From Eledone cirrhosa (lineage: Eukaryota), in NCBI GenBank assembly GCA_964016885.1, contig OZ024742.1, forward strand, positions 203,484,001-203,548,000: a stretch of 64,000 bases of DNA, in the 5' to 3' direction. Below the pieces are notes generated by a model. It made no database searches. It was not told the DNA's origin and saw only the letters and a list, made by a program, of their open reading frames with translations. The position numbers and the translations under genes were made by a program. Positions 52,396-64,000 of the stretch are shown piece by piece (within the stretch, counting starts at the first letter, position 1; each line of letters starts with the position of its first letter).

Positions 52396-55300
52396 TTAAA
52401 TTATTGACGTATTGTTTTATTGATATTTTTTATCTGTTTGGCCCGAATCTTCCTTTATCGATTTTAAATCGTATGGTTGATTGTAGACTTGTTCTATATG
52501 TGACGGTATTTTAACGATAGTTATAGCTCTGATTCATCTGAATTATTGAGCCCTCTGCCGCTCATATCGGATTTCGTTTTTCGTTAACTCGTGCGCCGAT
52601 TTTTCGATACTCGATCTTTCTAATATATTTAGCTCTGGACATAGCTATCCACCAGTTAATTTTATTGCTCATATTTTGTCGATTCTATTGAGTGATGAAT
52701 AGCTTTTGTTTTATTTTAACATGTCTATTGAGCACTCTAATTCGATATGTGTATTTCCACATTCACTCGAATTATTTTCGCGGATATAGGGGTCATCTCC
52801 CTTGTCTAATGCCATGTGCGTTTTTCACCGCTAGTTGACTCCTTTGCCGCCAGGATAAAACTCGTTGACAACGTAAACTCCATTCCACTTATTCTAGTAG
52901 GCTTTTATATTTATATGTGAGCTGACAGAGTACAGTCTAAGGATTTACAGAAACCCATGAAGCTAGATTTAACACCTTTCTAGTGGGTCCGGGTATGATT
53001 TTACATTCATTTAAATTATTGACGTATTGTTTTATTGATATTTTTTATCTGTTTGGCCCGAATCTTCCTTTATCGATTTTAAATCGTATGGTTGATTGTA
53101 GACTTGTTCTATATGTGACGGTATTTTAACGATAGTTATAGCTCTGATTCATCTGAATTATTGAGCCCTCTGCCGCTCATATCGGATTTCGTTTTTCGTT
53201 AACTCGTGCGCCGATTTTTCGATACTCGATCTTTCTAATATATTTAGCTCTGGACATAGCTATCCACCAGTTAATTTTATTGCTCATATTTTGTCGATTC
53301 TATTGAGTGATGAATAGCTTTTGTTTTATTTTAACATGTCTATTGAGCACTCTAATTCGATATGTGTATTTCCACATTCACTCGAATTATTTTCGCGGAT
53401 ATAGGGGTCATCTCCCTTGTCTAATGCCATGTGCGTTTTTCACCGCTAGTTGACTCCTTTGCCGCCAGGATAAAACTCGTTGACAACGTAAACTCCATTC
53501 CACTTATTCTAGTAGGCTTTTATATTTATATGTGAGCTGACAGAGTACAGTCTAAGGATTTACAGAAACCCATGAAGCTAGATTTAACACCTTTCTAGTG
53601 GGTCCGGGTATGATTTTACATTCATTTAAATTATTGACGTATTGTTTTATTGATATTTTTTATCTGTTTGGCCCGAATCTTCCTTTATCGATTTTAAATC
53701 GTATGGTTGATTGTAGACTTGTTCTATATGTGACGGTATTTTAACGATAGTTATAGCTCTGATTCATCTGAATTATTGAGCCCTCTGCCGCTCATATCGG
53801 ATTTCGTTTTTCGTTAACTCGTGCGCCGATTTTTCGATACTCGATCTTTCTAATATATTTAGCTCTGGACATAGCTATCCACCAGTTAATTTTATTGCTC
53901 ATATTTTGTCGATTCTATTGAGTGATGAATAGCTTTTGTTTTATTTTAACATGTCTATTGAGCACTCTAATTCGATATGTGTATTTCCACATTCACTCGA
54001 ATTATTTTCGCGGATATAGGGGTCATCTCCCTTGTCTAATGCCATGTGCGTTTTTCACCGCTAGTTGACTCCTTTGCCGCCAGGATAAAACTCGTTGACA
54101 ACGTAAACTCCATTCCACTTATTCTAGTAGGCTTTTATATTTATATGTGAGCTGACAGAGTACAGTCTAAGGATTTACAGAAACCCATGAAGCTAGATTT
54201 AACACCTTTCTAGTGGGTCCGGGTATGATTTTACATTCATTTAAATTATTGACGTATTGTTTTATTGATATTTTTTATCTGTTTGGCCCGAATCTTCCTT
54301 TATCGATTTTAAATCGTATGGTTGATTGTAGACTTGTTCTATATGTGACGGTATTTTAACGATAGTTATAGCTCTGATTCATCTGAATTATTGAGCCCTC
54401 TGCCGCTCATATCGGATTTCGTTTTTCGTTAACTCGTGCGCCGATTTTTCGATACTCGATCTTTCTAATATATTTAGCTCTGGACATAGCTATCCACCAG
54501 TTAATTTTATTGCTCATATTTTGTCGATTCTATTGAGTGATGAATAGCTTTTGTTTTATTTTAACATGTCTATTGAGCACTCTAATTCGATATGTGTATT
54601 TCCACATTCACTCGAATTATTTTCGCGGATATAGGGGTCATCTCCCTTGTCTAATGCCATGTGCGTTTTTCACCGCTAGTTGACTCCTTTGCCGCCAGGA
54701 TAAAACTCGTTGACAACGTAAACTCCATTCCACTTATTCTAGTAGGCTTTTATATTTATATGTGAGCTGACAGAGTACAGTCTAAGGATTTACAGAAACC
54801 CATGAAGCTAGATTTAACACCTTTCTAGTGGGTCCGGGTATGATTTTACATTCATTTAAATTATTGACGTATTGTTTTATTGATATTTTTTATCTGTTTG
54901 GCCCGAATCTTCCTTTATCGATTTTAAATCGTATGGTTGATTGTAGACTTGTTCTATATGTGACGGTATTTTAACGATAGTTATAGCTCTGATTCATCTG
55001 AATTATCGAGCCCTCTGCCGCTCATATCGGATTTCGTTTTTCGTTAACTCGTGCGCCGATTTTTCGATACTCGATCTTTCTAATATATTTAGCTCTGGAC
55101 ATAGCTATCCACCAGTTAATTTTATTGCTCATATTTTGTCGATTCTATTGAGTGATGAATAGCTTTTGTTTTATTTTAACATGTCTATTGAGCACTCTAA
55201 TTCGATATGTGTATTTCCACATTCACTCGAATTATTTTCGCGGATATAGGGGTCATCTCCCTTGTCTAATGCCATGTGCGTTTTTCACCGCTAGTTGACT

Positions 55301-58300
55301 CCTTTGCCGCCAGGATAAAACTCGTTGACAACGTAAACTCCATTCCACTTATTCTAGTAGGCTTTTATATTTATATGTGAGCTGACAGAGTACAGTCTAA
55401 GGATTTACAGAAACCCATGAAGCTAGATTTAACACCTTTCTAGTGGGTCCGGGTATGATTTTACATTCATTTAAATTATTGACGTATTGTTTTATTGATA
55501 TTTTTTATCTGTTTGGCCCGAATCTTCCTTTATCGATTTTAAATCGTATGGTTGATTGTAGACTTGTTCTATATGTGACGGTATTTTAACGATAGTTATA
55601 GCTCTGATTCATCTGAATTATTGAGCCCTCTGCCGCTCATATCGGATTTCGTTTTTCGTTAACTCGTGCGCCGATTTTTCGATACTCGATCTTTCTAATA
55701 TATTTAGCTCTGGACATAGCTATCCACCAGTTAATTTTATTGCTCATATTTTGTCGATTCTATTGAGTGATGAATAGCTTTTGTTTTATTTTAACATGTC
55801 TATTGAGCACTCTAATTCGATATGTGTATTTCCACATTCACTCGAATTATTTTCGCGGATATAGGGGTCATCTCCCTTGTCTAATGCCATGTGCGTTTTT
55901 CACCGCTAGTTGACTCCTTTGCCGCCAGGATAAAACTCGTTGACAACGTAAACTCCATTCCACTTATTCTAGTAGGCTTTTATATTTATATGTGAGCTGA
56001 CAGAGTACAGTCTAAGGATTTACAGAAACCCATGAAGCTAGATTTAACACCTTTCTAGTGGGTCCGGGTATGATTTTACATTCATTTAAATTATTGACGT
56101 ATTGTTTTATTGATATTTTTTATCTGTTTGGCCCGAATCTTCCTTTATCGATTTTAAATCGTATGGTTGATTGTAGACTTGTTCTATATGTGACGGTATT
56201 TTAACGATAGTTATAGCTCTGATTCATCTGAATTATTGAGCCCTCTGCCGCTCATATCGGATTTCGTTTTTCGTTAACTCGTGCGCCGATTTTTCGATAC
56301 TCGATCTTTCTAATATATTTAGCTCTGGACATAGCTATCCACCAGTTAATTTTATTGCTCATATTTTGTCGATTCTATTGAGTGATGAATAGCTTTTGTT
56401 TTATTTTAACATGTCTATTGAGCACTCTAATTCGATATGTGTATTTCCACATTCACTCGAATTATTTTCGCGGATATAGGGGTCATCTCCCTTGTCTAAT
56501 GCCATGTGCGTTTTTCACCGCTAGTTGACTCCTTTGCCGCCAGGATAAAACTCGTTGACAACGTAAACTCCATTCCACTTATTCTAGTAGGCTTTTATAT
56601 TTATATGTGAGCTGACAGAGTACAGTCTAAGGATTTACAGAAACCCATGAAGCTAGATTTAACACCTTTCTAGTGGGTCCGGGTATGATTTTACATTCAT
56701 TTAAATTATTGACGTATTGTTTTATTGATATTTTTTATCTGTTTGGCCCGAATCTTCCTTTATCGATTTTAAATCGTATGGTTGATTGTAGACTTGTTCT
56801 ATATGTGACGGTATTTTAACGATAGTTATAGCTCTGATTCATCTGAATTATTGAGCCCTCTGCCGCTCATATCGGATTTCGTTTTTCGTTAACTCGTGCG
56901 CCGATTTTTCGATACTCGATCTTTCTAATATATTTAGCTCTGGACATAGCTATCCACCAGTTAATTTTATTGCTCATATTTTGTCGATTCTATTGAGTGA
57001 TGAATAGCTTTTGTTTTATTTTAACATGTCTATTGAGCACTCTAATTCGATATGTGTATTTCCACATTCACTCGAATTATTTTCGCGGATATAGGGGTCA
57101 TCTCCCTTGTCTAATGCCATGTGCGTTTTTCACCGCTAGTTGACTCCTTTGCCGCCAGGATAAAACTCGTTGACAACGTAAACTCCATTCCACTTATTCT
57201 AGTAGGCTTTTATATTTATATGTGAGCTGACAGAGTACAGTCTAAGGATTTACAGAAACCCATGAAGCTAGATTTAACACCTTTCTAGTGGGTCCGGGTA
57301 TGATTTTACATTCATTTAAATTATTGACGTATTGTTTTATTGATATTTTTTATCTGTTTGGCCCGAATCTTCCTTTATCGATTTTAAATCGTATGGTTGA
57401 TTGTAGACTTGTTCTATATGTGACGGTATTTTAACGATAGTTATAGCTCTGATTCATCTGAATTATTGAGCCCTCTGCCGCTCATATCGGATTTCGTTTT
57501 TCGTTAACTCGTGCGCCGATTTTTCGATACTCGATCTTTCTAATATATTTAGCTCTGGACATAGCTATCCACCAGTTAATTTTATTGCTCATATTTTGTC
57601 GATTCTATTGAGTGATGAATAGCTTTTGTTTTATTTTAACATGTCTATTGAGCACTCTAATTCGATATGTGTATTTCCACATTCACTCGAATTATTTTCG
57701 CGGATATAGGGGTCATCTCCCTTGTCTAATGCCATGTGCGTTTTTCACCGCTAGTTGACTCCTTTGCCGCCAGGATAAAACTCGTTGACAACGTAAACTC
57801 CATTCCACTTATTCTAGTAGGCTTTTATATTTATATGTGAGCTGACAGAGTACAGTCTAAGGATTTACAGAAACCCATGAAGCTAGATTTAACACCTTTC
57901 TAGTGGGTCCGGGTATGATTTTACATTCATTTAAATTATTGACGTATTGTTTTATTGATATTTTTTATCTGTTTGGCCCGAATCTTCCTTTATCGATTTT
58001 AAATCGTATGGTTGATTGTAGACTTGTTCTATATGTGACGGTATTTTAACGATAGTTATAGCTCTGATTCATCTGAATTATTGAGCCCTCTGCCGCTCAT
58101 ATCGGATTTCGTTTTTCGTTAACTCGTGCGCCGATTTTTCGATACTCGATCTTTCTAATATATTTAGCTCTGGACATAGCTATCCACCAGTTAATTTTAT
58201 TGCTCATATTTTGTCGATTCTATTGAGTGATGAATAGCTTTTGTTTTATTTTAACATGTCTATTGAGCACTCTAATTCGATATGTGTATTTCCACATTCA

Positions 58301-61300
58301 CTCGAATTATTTTCGCGGATATAGGGGTCATCTCCCTTGTCTAATGCCATGTGCGTTTTTCACCGCTAGTTGACTCCTTTGCCGCCAGGATAAAACTCGT
58401 TGACAACGTAAACTCCATTCCACTTATTCTAGTAGGCTTTTATATTTATATGTGAGCTGACAGAGTACAGTCTAAGGATTTACAGAAACCCATGAAGCTA
58501 GATTTAACACCTTTCTAGTGGGTCCGGGTATGATTTTACATTCATTTAAATTATTGACGTATTGTTTTATTGATATTTTTTATCTGTTTGGCCCGAATCT
58601 TCCTTTATCGATTTTAAATCGTATGGTTGATTGTAGACTTGTTCTATATGTGACGGTATTTTAACGATAGTTATAGCTCTGATTCATCTGAATTATTGAG
58701 CCCTCTGCCGCTCATATCGGATTTCGTTTTTCGTTAACTCGTGCGCCGATTTTTCGATACTCGATCTTTCTAATATATTTAGCTCTGGACATAGCTATCC
58801 ACCAGTTAATTTTATTGCTCATATTTTGTCGATTCTATTGAGTGATGAATAGCTTTTGTTTTATTTTAACATGTCTATTGAGCACTCTAATTCGATATGT
58901 GTATTTCCACATTCACTCGAATTATTTTCGCGGATATAGGGGTCATCTCCCTTGTCTAATGCCATGTGCGTTTTTCACCGCTAGTTGACTCCTTTGCCGC
59001 CAGGATAAAACTCGTTGACAACGTAAACTCCATTCCACTTATTCTAGTAGGCTTTTATATTTATATGTGAGCTGACAGAGTACAGTCTAAGGATTTACAG
59101 AAACCCATGAAGCTAGATTTAACACCTTTCTAGTGGGTCCGGGTATGATTTTACATTCATTTAAATTATTGACGTATTGTTTTATTGATATTTTTTATCT
59201 GTTTGGCCCGAATCTTCCTTTATCGATTTTAAATCGTATGGTTGATTGTAGACTTGTTCTATATGTGACGGTATTTTAACGATAGTTATAGCTCTGATTC
59301 ATCTGAATTATTGAGCCCTCTGCCGCTCATATCGGATTTCGTTTTTCGTTAACTCGTGCGCCGATTTTTCGATACTCGATCTTTCTAATATATTTAGCTC
59401 TGGACATAGCTATCCACCAGTTAATTTTATTGCTCATATTTTGTCGATTCTATTGAGTGATGAATAGCTTTTGTTTTATTTTAACATGTCTATTGAGCAC
59501 TCTAATTCGATATGTGTATTTCCACATTCACTCGAATTATTTTCGCGGATATAGGGGTCATCTCCCTTGTCTAATGCCATGTGCGTTTTTCACCGCTAGT
59601 TGACTCCTTTGCCGCCAGGATAAAACTCGTTGACAACGTAAACTCCATTCCACTTATTCTAGTAGGCTTTTATATTTATATGTGAGCTGACAGAGTACAG
59701 TCTAAGGATTTACAGAAACCCATGAAGCTAGATTTAACACCTTTCTAGTGGGTCCGGGTATGATTTTACATTCATTTAAATTATTGACGTATTGTTTTAT
59801 TGATATTTTTTATCTGTTTGGCCCGAATCTTCCTTTATCGATTTTAAATCGTATGGTTGATTGTAGACTTGTTCTATATGTGACGGTATTTTAACGATAG
59901 TTATAGCTCTGATTCATCTGAATTATTGAGCCCTCTGCCGCTCATATCGGATTTCGTTTTTCGTTAACTCGTGCGCCGATTTTTCGATACTCGATCTTTC
60001 TAATATATTTAGCTCTGGACATAGCTATCCACCAGTTAATTTTATTGCTCATATTTTGTCGATTCTATTGAGTGATGAATAGCTTTTGTTTTATTTTAAC
60101 ATGTCTATTGAGCACTCTAATTCGATATGTGTATTTCCACATTCACTCGAATTATTTTCGCGGATATAGGGGTCATCTCCCTTGTCTAATGCCATGTGCG
60201 TTTTTCACCGCTAGTTGACTCCTTTGCCGCCAGGATAAAACTCGTTGACAACGTAAACTCCATTCCACTTATTCTAGTAGGCTTTTATATTTATATGTGA
60301 GCTGACAGAGTACAGTCTAAGGATTTACAGAAACCCATGAAGCTAGATTTAACACCTTTCTAGTGGGTCCGGGTATGATTTTACATTCATTTAAATTATT
60401 GACGTATTGTTTTATTGATATTTTTTATCTGTTTGGCCCGAATCTTCCTTTATCGATTTTAAATCGTATGGTTGATTGTAGACTTGTTCTATATGTGACG
60501 GTATTTTAACGATAGTTATAGCTCTGATTCATCTGAATTATTGAGCCCTCTGCCGCTCATATCGGATTTCGTTTTTCGTTAACTCGTGCGCCGATTTTTC
60601 GATACTCGATCTTTCTAATATATTTAGCTCTGGACATAGCTATCCACCAGTTAATTTTATTGCTCATATTTTGTCGATTCTATTGAGTGATGAATAGCTT
60701 TTGTTTTATTTTAACATGTCTATTGAGCACTCTAATTCGATATGTGTATTTCCACATTCACTCGAATTATTTTCGCGGATATAGGGGTCATCTCCCTTGT
60801 CTAATGCCATGTGCGTTTTTCACCGCTAGTTGACTCCTTTGCCGCCAGGATAAAACTCGTTGACAACGTAAACTCCATTCCACTTATTCTAGTAGGCTTT
60901 TATATTTATATGTGAGCTGACAGAGTACAGTCTAAGGATTTACAGAAACCCATGAAGCTAGATTTAACACCTTTCTAGTGGGTCCGGGTATGATTTTACA
61001 TTCATTTAAATTATTGACGTATTGTTTTATTGATATTTTTTATCTGTTTGGCCCGAATCTTCCTTTATCGATTTTAAATCGTATGGTTGATTGTAGACTT
61101 GTTCTATATGTGACGGTATTTTAACGATAGTTATAGCTCTGATTCATCTGAATTATTGAGCCCTCTGCCGCTCATATCGGATTTCGTTTTTCGTTAACTC
61201 GTGCGCCGATTTTTCGATACTCGATCTTTCTAATATATTTAGCTCTGGACATAGCTATCCACCAGTTAATTTTATTGCTCATATTTTGTCGATTCTATTG

Positions 61301-62456
61301 AGTGATGAATAGCTTTTGTTTTATTTTAACATGTCTATTGAGCACTCTAATTCGATATGTGTATTTCCACATTCACTCGAATTATTTTCGCGGATATAGG
61401 GGTCATCTCCCTTGTCTAATGCCATGTGCGTTTTTCACCGCTAGTTGACTCCTTTGCCGCCAGGATAAAACTCGTTGACAACGTAAACTCCATTCCACTT
61501 ATTCTAGTAGGCTTTTATATTTATATGTGAGCTGACAGAGTACAGTCTAAGGATTTACAGAAACCCATGAAGCTAGATTTAACACCTTTCTAGTGGGTCC
61601 GGGTATGATTTTACATTCATTTAAATTATTGACGTATTGTTTTATTGATATTTTTTATCTGTTTGGCCCGAATCTTCCTTTATCGATTTTAAATCGTATG
61701 GTTGATTGTAGACTTGTTCTATATGTGACGGTATTTTAACGATAGTTATAGCTCTGATTCATCTGAATTATTGAGCCCTCTGCCGCTCATATCGGATTTC
61801 GTTTTTCGTTAACTCGTGCGCCGATTTTTCGATACTCGATCTTTCTAATATATTTAGCTCTGGACATAGCTATCCACCAGTTAATTTTATTGCTCATATT
61901 TTGTCGATTCTATTGAGTGATGAATAGCTTTTGTTTTATTTTAACATGTCTATTGAGCACTCTAATTCGATATGTGTATTTCCACATTCACTCGAATTAT
62001 TTTCGCGGATATAGGGGTCATCTCCCTTGTCTAATGCCATGTGCGTTTTTCACCGCTAGTTGACTCCTTTGCCGCCAGGATAAAACTCGTTGACAACGTA
62101 AACTCCATTCCACTTATTCTAGTAGGCTTTTATATTTATATGTGAGCTGACAGAGTACAGTCTAAGGATTTACAGAAACCCATGAAGCTAGATTTAACAC
62201 CTTTCTAGTGGGTCCGGGTATGATTTTACATTCATTTAAATTATTGACGTATTGTTTTATTGATATTTTTTATCTGTTTGGCCCGAATCTTCCTTTATCG
62301 ATTTTAAATCGTATGGTTGATTGTAGACTTGTTCTATATGTGACGGTATTTTAACGATAGTTATAGCTCTGATTCATCTGAATTATTGAGCCCTCTGCCG
62401 CTCATATCGGATTTCGTTTTTCGTTAACTCGTGCGCCGATTTTTCGATACTCGATC

Positions 62457-62468
<12 letters not shown>
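52395..62468. repeat. Tandem array of 615-bp units, 16 full copies plus a 234-bp partial, nearly invariant
   Basis: Unit start TTTAAATTATTGACGT at 52395, 53010, ... 62235 (step 615). The only difference noticed is T>C at 55007. The array runs into (TA)n via the TAATATAT microhomology. Confidence 0.97.
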
Positions 62469-62541
<73 letters not shown>

Positions 62542-62689
62542 GTGTGTGTGTGTGTATGCTGGTATCTACCTGATTACCGTAGGGCCAATAAGATTGTTAG
62601 AACTGCCTTGAAGAAATAATTCCATTGAGATTCGGTTGGGCATTTTAAACGAGCTACACAGTCATACATATATGAGTTTGAATAATGAA

Positions 62690-63870
<1,181 letters not shown>

Positions 63871-64000
63871 TCTTCTGCTTCGTCCATTTATTCCAGAGAG
63901 AAATTTCTTTTTACCGTGCTGTTTCTTTTCTTATGCCCCACCCCCCTCTCTCGCTCTCTCATTCTGACATTGTATCTTCTGGTGAAGGACTAATGTCCGA

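Noticed and set aside
52395-62468. CRISPR-like array, or tandem 5S rRNA/snRNA/tRNA gene cluster
   Set aside because: Units are identical end to end with no variable spacers. I recognise no 5S, U1/U2/U6 or tRNA sequence in the unit on either strand.

Overview
AT-rich, microsatellite-saturated animal genomic DNA. The SINE families and repeat landscape look cephalopod (Octopus-like), which is an inference. No host protein-coding exon can be supported, and almost all short ORFs in the track are translations of microsatellites. The window is a retroelement graveyard: two near-full-length but disrupted RLE-type (R4/Dong-like) non-LTR retrotransposons stacked in (TAA)n tracts plus a truncated third copy fused head-to-head to an L1/Tx1-like 3' end; RTE and CRE-like fragments; many tRNA-derived SINEs; Helitron/Helentron-like and TIR non-autonomous elements; and an unusually dense, diverse set of Penelope-like element (PLE) remnants carrying type I hammerhead ribozymes (about 15 motifs read by eye). 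The standout structure is 49505-62468. A 5'-truncated Naiad-type PLE (RT + GIY-YIG, with an in-frame UGA at a conserved Cys and a downstream hammerhead) is joined directly to a 10-kb array of 16.4 almost identical, hairpin-rich 615-bp units, and the whole structure is bounded by (TA)n. A smaller hammerhead-bearing ~430-bp tandem (retrozyme-like) with similar architecture lies just upstream.
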